Positions 28,372-37,948 of a stretch of 64,000 bases of DNA are shown in pieces. The first letter of the stretch is position 1. Each line of letters begins with the position of its first letter. Under the pieces are notes generated by a model. It made no database searches, had not been told where the DNA came from, and saw nothing but the letters and a program-made list of their open reading frames with translations. The translations under genes and the position numbers were made by a program. Origin of the DNA: an uncultured bacterium. Lineage in GTDB: Bacteria > Babelota > Babeliae > Babelales > Vermiphilaceae. The stretch is from assembly GCA_963695335.1 (NCBI GenBank), contig OY968764.1:768001-832000 (forward strand). The letters are read 5' to 3'.

Positions 28372-31065
28372 ATGTTTTTTTTAGAATATATAGAATCAAT
28401 CCTTGGTTCTTTTTACTTTATTTTACCAGCCACTCTTTTATCTTTTTTTCTTAAACTAGGTATTTTAATTGCTTTAGTAAGAAAAACTGCGCATATGGAA
28501 AGAGTAATTAAACCACTCTTCTTCTTGGTTGCCATTCTTATTGGTAATATGTTTTCCGATTTAGCTTGGATATTAAAATTATCACAATTACTTTTTCTAC
28601 CTCAATTGAGTTATCAGATTATTTTATTTATCATACGTTCTGCATGGATATTTTTTATGGTTCAATACCAATCCATGTCATTATTTGTAGAAAGTTTGGT
28701 GACTGATAGATATATTATTTCCCTAAGACAAAAATGTTTGGTCTTTATTAGTAGTATATTTGGTTTATTTTTTGCAATAGCAGCTATTGTTGATTTTAAT
28801 TGTATAGACCCATCCCGTAGAAAATTTAGTTTTGAGCCAACAATTCAAAATCTTGCTACATTTTATGCCTTATTTATTGTTGTGTTGCCAAGTTTGTGTA
28901 TAGCAGTGCAAAAAATTAGATCTTCCGAGTTGCCTCATTTGCTCAAAAAGCAACTTAAATTGTTAATGCAAGGTCTTATAGCGCCTGTTTTTATGGCAGA
29001 TTTAATTCAAGGGTTTCCTTTTAAGATATATGGCATTACATGGATTGCACATACTTATGCGGGCGTTGGGTTTTCCACGATCCTTATTACGTGTGCCATT
29101 TATTTCTGCGCCCGTAAAATTTTTGGATTACGTTTCTTGAATCTCAAAAACCATGTATATCAGCCGATGAATATTAATTTTATTGATGAATTTAAAGGCG
29201 TGTTAGAAAAGTTGAGTAATGTGACTAATTTGCGTGAGCTTGGTCATATTACCCAAAATTTTTGCAAAGAAACCTTTGGTATTCCTGCCAATAAAACACG
29301 TCTTTATTTAAGAAAGATGGATCCAGTTGAAGATAGTACAACATCTCTTGTAGAAACATTCTTGGTAACACATAGCGAGATCATTGAACGTGCTATGCGT
29401 AATGAAAAAGTTCTTATTTATGATGAGATCGATTTTACTCATTTTTACCATGCATGTGAAAAAAGTGAGATTATTCTGAAATTCTTGGGCACGATTAATG
29501 CCGACATTTTCTTGCCGATTTATGAGAATGAAAAACTGATAGCATACATTATTGTTGAGCGGCATGCGCGTAAGCAGCATTTTTATAGTAATGTTGAGCG
29601 TGATGAACTTATTGTTTTCGCAAGTTACCTCGGCAATATCATTAACTTATTGCAGAATAAAAATTTGGACCTTCTCCTTGAACAATCACAGCTCTTGCGT
29701 GATGAGTTGTATGGTAAACATCAAGAGATTGAGCAATATAAAGAAAGTATGCGATCATTTTTGCGTAGGCATAAAACAAAACATATTGGCATTCTGTTTT
29801 ATAAAAACAGACAATTTTCATATGGTAATCATGCCGCTAAAGAGTTGGTTGATGTTAATATTAATCAGCAGCATGGCCATCCATTGGTACAATGTTTGCG
29901 TGATTTGGTGAGGCAAGTTGAATCATTTAAAGCACCAAAGACGGTGTTTGTCAGGGACGGTAGTGATAATCAGCTTGTTGTTTCTGCAGTACCGCATTTA
30001 GAAAAAAGTACTATTATTATCACTGTTTCATACCCATCTATTGCTGACACCATCAAGCACCATGTTGATTTATTAAAAGATCCAAGCGAATGGGATTATT
30101 TGCTGTATTTGCAAACAACACAATCTGGTAAGCTGATCAATCAGCTGATTCCTGGATCGGGGCCAATATTATTGAATTTTAAGATACAGCTGCTGAAAAT
30201 TGCATTGAGTAAAAAGGCTATTTTACTCGAGATGCCTGAACAAGATTTACAGCCTATGGCGGAGATTTTGCATCATATTAGCATGCGAGACGATTTGCAT
30301 GTGATAACGTTGCAAGGCCCATCACACAATTATGATATTGCGATTACATTGTTTGGTATTAATCCAGTTTTTGGCGTGCAAGAAAAATATGGCCAACCGT
30401 TGCTGGAAAAGCTTGATAACGTTGGTACCTTATTTATAAAAAATATTCACTTCCTTGATTTGGAAACGCAAGAATGTTTGGCAACATGTATCCGGTCTGG
30501 CACGTATAATTTGTTCAAAAGCGACCAGAGAATGACAAGTAATGTGCGTATTATGTGCTCAACTAATCAGAATTTAAACGTGTTGATGCAAGAAGGTAAA
30601 TTCAGTAAGGCACTGCTCCAAGAACTTAAATCAACGGTGGTAACCATGCCTTCATTGCTCACACTTCCTGAAGATGAGTTGCTTTCTTTAACAGAAGGTT
30701 TTACACAACAGGCATTGATGTCAGATGCTTTGCAACATGTGTTAGCACTCACTGATAAAGAAAAAGATTCACTTGCTGATCATCGGCCAATCAGTTTGCA
30801 AGAGCTGAAATCTCGTATCCAGCAACTTCTTGTTAAAAAGTCTAAGAAAAATCATATCTATCAAGAAGTTGAGTTTGATCCTACGTATGATATTACCGAT
30901 CCTGGTCTTGTTGAAGCTGCACGTCTTGGTAAAAAAGCATTGCAAGAGCCACGGGTGATGGCATTGCTGTGGAATAAGTTCAAAAATCAAAATAAAATCG
31001 CATTTTTCTTGGGTGTTAATCGTTCTTCTGTTAATCGTCGCTGTAAAGAGTATAATTTAATTTAG
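28372..31065 (+). CDS. Multi-TM membrane sensor fused to GAF-like, degenerate sigma54-activator AAA+ and HTH domains
   Basis: About 7 hydrophobic helices in the first ~250 aa; IFLPIYENEKLIAYI GAF-like strands; GTLFIKNI and VRIMCSTNQNL...GKF; C-terminal NQNKIAFFLGVNRSSVNRR HTH. Confidence 0.75.
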   Translation: MFFLEYIESILGSFYFILPATLLSFFLKLGILIALVRKTAHMERVIKPLFFLVAILIGNMFSDLAWILKLSQLLFLPQLSYQIILFIIRSAWIFFMVQYQSMSLFVESLVTDRYIISLRQKCLVFISSIFGLFFAIAAIVDFNCIDPSRRKFSFEPTIQNLATFYALFIVVLPSLCIAVQKIRSSELPHLLKKQLKLLMQGLIAPVFMADLIQGFPFKIYGITWIAHTYAGVGFSTILITCAIYFCARKIFGLRFLNLKNHVYQPMNINFIDEFKGVLEKLSNVTNLRELGHITQNFCKETFGIPANKTRLYLRKMDPVEDSTTSLVETFLVTHSEIIERAMRNEKVLIYDEIDFTHFYHACEKSEIILKFLGTINADIFLPIYENEKLIAYIIVERHARKQHFYSNVERDELIVFASYLGNIINLLQNKNLDLLLEQSQLLRDELYGKHQEIEQYKESMRSFLRRHKTKHIGILFYKNRQFSYGNHAAKELVDVNINQQHGHPLVQCLRDLVRQVESFKAPKTVFVRDGSDNQLVVSAVPHLEKSTIIITVSYPSIADTIKHHVDLLKDPSEWDYLLYLQTTQSGKLINQLIPGSGPILLNFKIQLLKIALSKKAILLEMPEQDLQPMAEILHHISMRDDLHVITLQGPSHNYDIAITLFGINPVFGVQEKYGQPLLEKLDNVGTLFIKNIHFLDLETQECLATCIRSGTYNLFKSDQRMTSNVRIMCSTNQNLNVLMQEGKFSKALLQELKSTVVTMPSLLTLPEDELLSLTEGFTQQALMSDALQHVLALTDKEKDSLADHRPISLQELKSRIQQLLVKKSKKNHIYQEVEFDPTYDITDPGLVEAARLGKKALQEPRVMALLWNKFKNQNKIAFFLGVNRSSVNRRCKEYNLI

Positions 31066-31066
31066 A

Positions 31067-31237
31067 CGCTCGAAGATACCCTTCGACAGGCTCAGGGCGA
31101 GCGCCTAAAATATTGTTGTATAGATCAATAAATTTATATTTCTTAGAGTTCGTATGCTTCGACAGGCTCAGCACGAACGGGACAAGATCTATTTTCCCGC
31201 GCTCGTCCTGAACTTGTTGAAGGATATCTTCGAGCGC
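31067..31237. repeat. Cluster of three repeat-A monomers (31067-31104, 31148-31180, 31199-31237)
   Basis: CTTCGACAGGCTCAG core twice, and inverted GCGCTCGTCCTGAACTTGTTGAAGGATATCTTCGAGCGC. Confidence 0.88.
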
Positions 31238-31253
31238 TAAAAAGAGAGTAGTT

Positions 31254-32171
31254 ATGAAAAAAGAAGAATTTGAACAACATAAAGAAGCATTCTTATTACA
31301 CCTTAAAGCGGAGCGTAATTTCTCGGAACATACGCTGCGCGCTTATTTTTTAGACTTAAATCAATTTATTTCTTTTTGGTCAGACATGTCTGATTATGAT
31401 ATGCAAAATCTTGGATTGCGGCAAATCATTGAACGGTATTTAGTAGCACTGTTTTATAAAAAAATAAGTAAGACTTCCATTGCACGTAAATTTTCCTGTT
31501 TTACATCATTTGAACGTTTTCTTGAAACACGTGGCATTGAGCTTAATTTAAATTTAAAACGGCCACGTATCGATAAAAAATTACCTATCTACTTTAGTGT
31601 TGATGAACTTTGTTATCTTTTGGATGGGATTAAAAATGAATCGCTACCAACCAAATATCCCGTGCGTGATAAAACGATATTTGAACTGCTGTATGCAACC
31701 GGTGTGCGTTGTTCGGAACTGGTTAATATCTGCATTCAAGATGTTAATATGGATGAACGCACTATTCGTATCTTGGGTAAAGGAAAGCGAGAGCGGATTG
31801 TACTGTTTGGTGATAAAGCGCGTGAGAAAATTTTGTATTATTATAAAGCAGAACGGCCTGTGATACAAAATCAAGAAGAAGCACTGTTTTTGAACTATCG
31901 ATATGAAAAACTGACAACGCGTTCTGTGCAGCGCATTATCAAAATGTTTAGAGCATTTCTGCCCATAGATCGGCAACTGACACCTCATAAATTGCGTCAC
32001 TCTTTTGCCACCCATCTACTCAATCAAGGTGCTGATTTACGTGCAGTGCAAGAATTGCTTGGACATAAAACTCTTGCAACAACGGAGAAATATACGCATG
32101 TTTCTTTAGAAAAAATTTCTCAATTATGTGAAAGTGTTCATCCCATTAATAAGATGATGAAGAAGAAATAA
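31254..32171 (+). CDS. xerC: Tyrosine recombinase XerC/XerD
   Basis: SEHTLRAY, LYATGVRCSEL, GKGKRER, HKLRHSFATHLL, LLGH, TEKYTH; XerC vs XerD not resolved. Confidence 0.8.
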   Translation: MKKEEFEQHKEAFLLHLKAERNFSEHTLRAYFLDLNQFISFWSDMSDYDMQNLGLRQIIERYLVALFYKKISKTSIARKFSCFTSFERFLETRGIELNLNLKRPRIDKKLPIYFSVDELCYLLDGIKNESLPTKYPVRDKTIFELLYATGVRCSELVNICIQDVNMDERTIRILGKGKRERIVLFGDKAREKILYYYKAERPVIQNQEEALFLNYRYEKLTTRSVQRIIKMFRAFLPIDRQLTPHKLRHSFATHLLNQGADLRAVQELLGHKTLATTEKYTHVSLEKISQLCESVHPINKMMKKK

Positions 32172-32175
32172 CGGT

Positions 32176-33894
32176 ATGATGTTATCAACTGCAACGATTA
32201 ATAAAAAAAATATTATTATTTTTGCTGTGACGGCTTTGAGCTTTGGAATTATTTTTTTGCGTCTTATGTTTTTGCAAATTTATTGTGGTGAATATTTTGT
32301 ATCACGCAGTGAGAAAAACTTTATTCGATACACAACGGTTGATTCTCCGCGTGGCAGTATTCGTGATGTGAATGGTAATTTGTTAGCAACAAACCGTCCC
32401 GTAGCTGCGCTCTATTGGCAAGGGACGGGCAATAAAACTTTATCGCAAGAACAATTAGTAATTCTAAAAACAGTGGAAGATATTACCGGTACTGTGCTTA
32501 CATCAGGAGCATTATATGATGCAATTACAGCTGCTGAAAAGAAGAGAAAAAAAACAGAACTGCTCGTAGACATCGATTTTATTTGTCTGAGTAAATTAGC
32601 AGAAGCGTTTCCTAATCATGAAAATATTATTATCGATACTCATTTTAAACGGTTTTATCCGTATAATGCATGTGGAAGTCACATTGTTGGATATTTGGGT
32701 AATATGACTGCACGTACACATGGTCAGTTTGGGTTAGAAAAAATATTGAATGATGATTTGACGGGCAAAAAAGGGCTTGTGCGTAATGTGGTTAATTCAA
32801 CAGGGCAATGCATATCGCAAGAAGAGCTTGAAAGTGCTCTTATTGGAAGTGATATTCAAACAACTCTTGATATTAATATGCAAGATTTGTGCGAAAAAGT
32901 GTTTCCCGAACATTGCACAGGAAGCTTTATTTTGCTCAACCCCGCAGATGGTTCTATTGTTGCGCTTGTGTCTCGTCCTAATTTTGATCCAAATATTTTT
33001 CTTGATCCTATGTCATACCAAACATGGCAGGGATTGCAAGAAAAGAATCCATTTATTAATCGTGCCTTTGACGCAAGTTATCCTTCAGGTTCTACCTTTA
33101 AGCTTGTCACTATTAGCGCTGCACTTGAACATGGAATGATTACTGAACATGATACATGGAATTGCAAAGGGTATACGTTATTTGGCAAGCGCAAATATTG
33201 GTGTGCGCATCGAGCTGGGCATGGTGAAATAAGCATTAAAAAAGCTGTCGCGCAATCGTGTAATACACTGTTTTATGAAATAGGTAAAAAAATAGATATT
33301 GATACGCTTGCTGAGTATGCATATAAATTTGGATTAGGTAAAAAAACGAACATGCTTTTTCCAGAAAAAATGGGATTGATTCCTAACCGAGCATGGAAGT
33401 TTGATTATAAAGGTGAGCGCTGGTGGCCGGGAGAAACATTATCTGTCACCATTGGCCAAAGTTTTTTGCTCGTGACACCAATTCAAATTGCATGTATGAT
33501 TGCGAGTATTTTTAGTGGATATCTTACCGTGCCACGTTTACTTATTGATGAACCTGTTGTGTCGACTCCTTTAGAATTGAAACCAGAGACAATTAATTTT
33601 TTAAAGAAATCGATGAAAGCGGTGATTAAAAGTGGTACAGGTAAAAGTATTAAGGCGGTGAAAGATATTACGATCTATGCAAAGACAAGTACAGCGCAAA
33701 CAAGTGATATTAGTAAACGTAAACTTGATAGAAGGTATTTAGAGCATGGATGGTTTGTGGGCCATTTTCAGTATAAAGAACATGACCCACTTGTTATTGT
33801 TATTCTTGTTGAACATATTGGAACTGCGCAAGTTGCAACAACAGTTGCTAAGAATTTTTTGGTTGAATATAAGAAGTATATGAATGCTTGCTAA
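32176..33894 (+). CDS. mrdA: Penicillin-binding protein 2
   Basis: N-terminal TM, PRGSIRD..G..LA, STFK, SCN, KTS (KTG variant). Confidence 0.85.
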   Translation: MMLSTATINKKNIIIFAVTALSFGIIFLRLMFLQIYCGEYFVSRSEKNFIRYTTVDSPRGSIRDVNGNLLATNRPVAALYWQGTGNKTLSQEQLVILKTVEDITGTVLTSGALYDAITAAEKKRKKTELLVDIDFICLSKLAEAFPNHENIIIDTHFKRFYPYNACGSHIVGYLGNMTARTHGQFGLEKILNDDLTGKKGLVRNVVNSTGQCISQEELESALIGSDIQTTLDINMQDLCEKVFPEHCTGSFILLNPADGSIVALVSRPNFDPNIFLDPMSYQTWQGLQEKNPFINRAFDASYPSGSTFKLVTISAALEHGMITEHDTWNCKGYTLFGKRKYWCAHRAGHGEISIKKAVAQSCNTLFYEIGKKIDIDTLAEYAYKFGLGKKTNMLFPEKMGLIPNRAWKFDYKGERWWPGETLSVTIGQSFLLVTPIQIACMIASIFSGYLTVPRLLIDEPVVSTPLELKPETINFLKKSMKAVIKSGTGKSIKAVKDITIYAKTSTAQTSDISKRKLDRRYLEHGWFVGHFQYKEHDPLVIVILVEHIGTAQVATTVAKNFLVEYKKYMNAC

Positions 33895-33895
33895 T

Positions 33896-34903
33896 TCACT
33901 GCACCAAATAACGTCTAAAACTTGCTTCATTCCATTGATTGTACGTACATGAATGATCTGCATTTGTACCGTATCGTGTATCCTGTGTTAATATTGATGT
34001 AGAATAAATAGGCATATCCATTGGTGCTCCATAAAAGAGTGCAATGGTATAACGTTCAATAGCACCATGCGCTTTGTCTACGCGGTGTTCTGTTGCGCGA
34101 ATTGCATCATTTTTCACCAACTGTCCAAATTCTCCCACTTGAAACATCATAACATCCAAATCGTTAGCCATTATTTTTTTAAAAGGAACATCTGCAGATG
34201 TTCTGACAAAAAGCCCAGCTTCTTCTGGTTCAGTGATTTGTTCATCATTTACAAAATAAACAGCAGGAAGAACTACCGTAAATAAACCATGATCAAAATG
34301 TGCGCCACACCAATGAGGATTTTGGTTGTTTTCACTTTTGCGATAATACAACATTCTGCCGGTGCATGCATTATCTTCTAGATGTAATCCTGTAGCATCA
34401 CCCAGAAGGCCTATTTTGTACATGACCATTTCGCCCGTTTCAGCCATTAAGGTTCCTAATGTTTCAAATGGATCTTGTAAATTCACTTCATGTGGCCATT
34501 TATTGTGGGCATAGTTGGGGAGAAGTGCATAGTAAGATGTTTTTAAATCATCAACAATCCAGTTGCCATCTGTATTTTGGAATTTTTCTTTTCCTACTTC
34601 ATATCCAAGAAACGTGTCTCCAGCTTCTCTGTTTGGTTTGTATTGTTCTTTTATCTCTTCAGGTAATGCATGGAATGCTCGTGATGCGCTAATGAACTGT
34701 TCATATTTTTCTTTGTATCCAGGTACACCTCTGACCCCCACAATTCCTTTTGTATGCAAAGCATTGTGTAGTATTTCCAATGCGTGTGGATCTTCTTGTA
34801 TAAGTTGTTCGTATGAAATAATATCAAGATCGAGTATTTCTACTGTTTGCGCTGTTGCAAAACTATTGAGTAATAAAAAAGTCATCAGAAATGATCGCGA
34901 CAT
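33896..34903 (-). CDS. 2-oxoglutarate/Fe(II)-dependent oxygenase (IPNS/DIOX-like) with signal peptide
   Basis: HFD...TEHRV...RYTIALF iron and 2OG motifs. Confidence 0.82.
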   Translation of the reverse strand: MSRSFLMTFLLLNSFATAQTVEILDLDIISYEQLIQEDPHALEILHNALHTKGIVGVRGVPGYKEKYEQFISASRAFHALPEEIKEQYKPNREAGDTFLGYEVGKEKFQNTDGNWIVDDLKTSYYALLPNYAHNKWPHEVNLQDPFETLGTLMAETGEMVMYKIGLLGDATGLHLEDNACTGRMLYYRKSENNQNPHWCGAHFDHGLFTVVLPAVYFVNDEQITEPEEAGLFVRTSADVPFKKIMANDLDVMMFQVGEFGQLVKNDAIRATEHRVDKAHGAIERYTIALFYGAPMDMPIYSTSILTQDTRYGTNADHSCTYNQWNEASFRRYLVQ

Positions 34904-35056
34904 AGTAATCCTTTGATTTTTTGTGATGTTAATGGTGTATATTGTACTGAGTTTTATAAGAAAATTAAGTATTATTGTTGCGAAAAACTTTTTGATTGAA
35001 TATAAAAAGTATATGGATTTAACTTGTTGATGATATTTTTTATAAGGAGAGAGAGT

Positions 35057-35473
35057 ATGACTAAGAAAATAACTTTATTTGTTGGACTGTTTTTATTATC
35101 AGCTATGCCAGCATCTTGCGATGCAGCACCTACGCTTGCACACAGAAATTTAAAAGATAATGCAACGTTTAAAAGATTTTGTGCATCGTATTTGGGATCA
35201 GCTGTATTGGGTGGTGGAGTAGGGATGATTACTGGGAGCTTAATAAAATATTTAGAAAGTGAAATGCAAAATTATTTTTCACAAAAATTAAAAACAAATG
35301 AATTAGTTACCTTTGCGTTAATATTGTTAGGTTGGGCGCTCGAATCAGAAGTGCGTAATGATATTGTTACAGGATTGCAGGGTGATTTGGATCAATATCA
35401 GATCGATTATAAAAAAATAGTTATGTTGAGATCAGCATGGATTGCTTCATGGATTTCTTATCTTGGGTTATAG
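35057..35473 (+). CDS. Hypothetical membrane protein
   Basis: AAGGAG RBS; signal peptide and hydrophobic segments. Confidence 0.65.
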   Translation: MTKKITLFVGLFLLSAMPASCDAAPTLAHRNLKDNATFKRFCASYLGSAVLGGGVGMITGSLIKYLESEMQNYFSQKLKTNELVTFALILLGWALESEVRNDIVTGLQGDLDQYQIDYKKIVMLRSAWIASWISYLGL

Positions 35474-35578
35474 ATGCATTTGCTGAAAATATAATGTATC
35501 CTATTTTTTGATTTTGTATGATAGATGTTTTTGTAATGAAAACATCTATTTTTGTTGTTTTATCATGATAAGTAAAAA

Positions 35579-37234
35579 ATGAATAAAAAAGTTGTACTAG
35601 CTTTGCTGTGTATGAGTAGTCATTGTATTGGAATGCGTCAATTATCCTATTCTAAGTCAGGTCCTGAGCAAAAGCACGTTCGCTATCGCCGTAAAATAAC
35701 TGAGTTTTCAGGTAATGAAAAAAAATATGTTTGTACATTGTTAGATTATGTTCAGCATAATGGAGTGGGCCCTTTGCGAACATGGTTAAAAGATAAAGCT
35801 GAGAGAGCGTGCTGTGGTCCTGGTATGATGATTCCTTTGCCAGATATTTTACAGCGTGTATTGCGTCATCCATCAAGTGCACACATATTGCATGAAGCAG
35901 TGAAGCGTTGTTATTACAATTGTGCTGAATTGTTGCTTACATATAATGCCCATCCGAATGCAGTAGTAAAGGGAGGTGACACACCTCTTCATGTAGTCCG
36001 TAGCAGTGTGATAGTGCAGTTATTAATGGATCATGGTGCGTGTATAGAACAAAAAAATGATGCGGGTGAAACACCGTTTTTTAAATGTATTAAAAATTCG
36101 TGTTTAGATAGAGCGCGTATTTTGTACGACGCTGGTGCAGACGTTAATGCATATAATAAAGCTGGTAACACTCCTTTGCATTATGCAGCTAAGTATTTAA
36201 AGCAGGATGTAATACAATTTTTATTATATCGTGGGTCGAATATTGATTGTGTGAATACAGTTGGCGAAACGCCTTATCAAATTATACACAAACGTGGTGG
36301 ATCTGTTTTAAAAGCATTTCGAGAGTGGAAAAAATTTTTCCGCGTGATTAATGCTACCGCAAAAGAAAATAAATCTTTGTCGATTATGAGTTTGTTAGCT
36401 CATGATGCAAAGCAGTTAAAACATATTCTTATACACAATTCTGATGGATATTGTTCTCAGGATATAGCTATTGCTGAAAAATTATTTAATCAGTGCAGTG
36501 ATGAGGTTTGGGATGCATTAACATCTAACAGTTCTCAGGCTCATAAAAAATCTTTAATGCTTGCACGGTTTATACAAAATAGGTCTCGGCATCGAAAATG
36601 TTTTTTGGATGCATTGCGGAGTAATGATTTTCGTGAGGCTCATCATTATGTAGAAATAAATCCTCATTTGTTACATACATATGAAGGTGAGTATGAAAAA
36701 GATGAAGTTAATGCTCTTTTTGCGGATAAAGTTATTTATTCCTGCATAAATAATGATCAATATCATTATTTGCAAACAATGATGTATAGTGGCTTTTTTG
36801 ATCTTGATTATTGTGATGAATGGGGAACTCCGCTACTTTCTCTAGTTATTCAAAATGCTGATGGTGGTAGTAAATATCTTGAGCTATTAAAAGCTGGTGC
36901 GCCGGTGAATATAAAGGATAACTATGGTAGAACACCACTGTTTTATGCCGTAATACTGGAAAATAAAGATATGATATCACATTTATTATTATACGGTGCA
37001 GTTGTTAATCAAGATTTTGCTGAATTACTTAATTTGTCGGATGAAATGTGGATATTGATGAATGATGCATATGGCAAACAAAAATGTGTTAAATGCGAAA
37101 CTCATGATCATGATCTGGCTAGTATCCCTTGTGTGAATAGACACTTGGGACATTTTATTTGTAAGCATTGTTATAAGAAATGTTTTGGAAGATGTCCCAT
37201 GTGCCGACGTTCTATGGGAACGTTTGGTTTGTAA
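35579..37234 (+). CDS. Secreted ankyrin-repeat protein with C-terminal RING-like finger
   Basis: GDTPLH, GETPF, GNTPLHYA, GRTPLFYA; CVKC...PC...H..C..C...CPMCR. Confidence 0.85.
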   Translation: MNKKVVLALLCMSSHCIGMRQLSYSKSGPEQKHVRYRRKITEFSGNEKKYVCTLLDYVQHNGVGPLRTWLKDKAERACCGPGMMIPLPDILQRVLRHPSSAHILHEAVKRCYYNCAELLLTYNAHPNAVVKGGDTPLHVVRSSVIVQLLMDHGACIEQKNDAGETPFFKCIKNSCLDRARILYDAGADVNAYNKAGNTPLHYAAKYLKQDVIQFLLYRGSNIDCVNTVGETPYQIIHKRGGSVLKAFREWKKFFRVINATAKENKSLSIMSLLAHDAKQLKHILIHNSDGYCSQDIAIAEKLFNQCSDEVWDALTSNSSQAHKKSLMLARFIQNRSRHRKCFLDALRSNDFREAHHYVEINPHLLHTYEGEYEKDEVNALFADKVIYSCINNDQYHYLQTMMYSGFFDLDYCDEWGTPLLSLVIQNADGGSKYLELLKAGAPVNIKDNYGRTPLFYAVILENKDMISHLLLYGAVVNQDFAELLNLSDEMWILMNDAYGKQKCVKCETHDHDLASIPCVNRHLGHFICKHCYKKCFGRCPMCRRSMGTFGL

Positions 37235-37241
37235 AATAAAA

Positions 37242-37266
37242 AAAGGTACCATTTTCAGGTACCTTT
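37242..37266. terminator. Hairpin between convergent genes
   Basis: AAAGGTACC-ATTTTCA-GGTACCTTT. Confidence 0.6.
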
Positions 37267-37277
37267 AAATTTTTTAA

Positions 37278-37303
37278 TCCTTCGACAAGCTCAGGACGAT
37301 CGG
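37278..37303. repeat. Repeat-A half copy
   Basis: TCCTTCGACAAGCTCAGGACGATCGG. Confidence 0.8.
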
Positions 37304-37312
37304 AGGTTGCTT

Positions 37313-37585
37313 TTACGCGTTTTTTGAAGCGGCTGCAACTTTTTGAGCTAATTTGCTGATTTTGCGAGCAGCGGTATTGCGGTGCAATAAACCTTTACCT
37401 TTTGCGCGAGCGATTTTGCTTTCAGCTTCAACAAGCAATGTTTTTGATGCTGCAATATTACCAGCTTCAATTGCTGCGATAACTTTTTTAACAGCAGTTT
37501 TGAGAGAAGATTTTCTTGCTTGGTTGCGAGATTGGCGTTTTACGGTTTGTAAAACACGTTTTTTTGCGGATTTAATATTTGCCAT
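37313..37585 (-). CDS. rpsT: 30S ribosomal protein S20
   Basis: MANIKSAKKR...HRNTAARKISKL. Confidence 0.97.
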   Translation of the reverse strand: MANIKSAKKRVLQTVKRQSRNQARKSSLKTAVKKVIAAIEAGNIAASKTLLVEAESKIARAKGKGLLHRNTAARKISKLAQKVAAASKNA

Positions 37586-37610
37586 AGTACATCTGACCTT
37601 GACTTAAATT

Positions 37611-37814
37611 TTAGAGAACTTTTTTAACTTTGCCTGATTTGAGGCATTTTGTGCAAACTTTTGTGCGGTGAACGTGATTTTTTGCGTCACCGGTCACAGT
37701 ATAGCGCATTGTATGCACGTTCGGGTATACCCAACGTTTTACTTTGTTATTTGCGTTACTGACCAAATTTGCTACTTGTGGGCCCTTTGAGCACACTCCA
37801 CAGATTCTTGACAT
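37611..37814 (-). CDS. rpmB: 50S ribosomal protein L28 (Zn-binding form)
   Basis: MSRICGVC...[15 protein letters not shown]...VCTKCLKSG. Confidence 0.93.
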   Translation of the reverse strand: MSRICGVCSKGPQVANLVSNANNKVKRWVYPNVHTMRYTVTGDAKNHVHRTKVCTKCLKSGKVKKVL

Positions 37815-37948
37815 GATGAATACCTTACTTTAAAGCCTATTTATTTATCTTTTAAGATATCAAAAAGAGAAAATTTTACAAGTTTTTTCCCTAATCTCCA
37901 CTGGGGTCCCCATTGTAATGAAGTGAAAATGGGGTTTAAAAGATGGGG

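Noticed and set aside
31067..31237. Possible CRISPR array
   Set aside because: Copies vary in sequence and orientation, spacing is irregular, the same unit is dispersed across the window, and no cas genes are present.
31254..32171. Integron or prophage integrase with repeats as attC sites
   Set aside because: Looks like housekeeping XerC/D coupled to mrdA; no IntI-specific insertion or phage genes; the repeats lack the RYYYAAC/GTTRRRY ends of attC sites.
33670..33700. PBP2 KTS instead of KTG as an inactive enzyme
   Set aside because: SxxK, SxN and the Lys-Thr pair are intact; one substitution is not enough to claim inactivity.
37908..37934. CCCCATT...AATGGGG hairpin downstream of ftsH as a third repeat family
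   Set aside because: Only one copy in the window; it may be a terminator.
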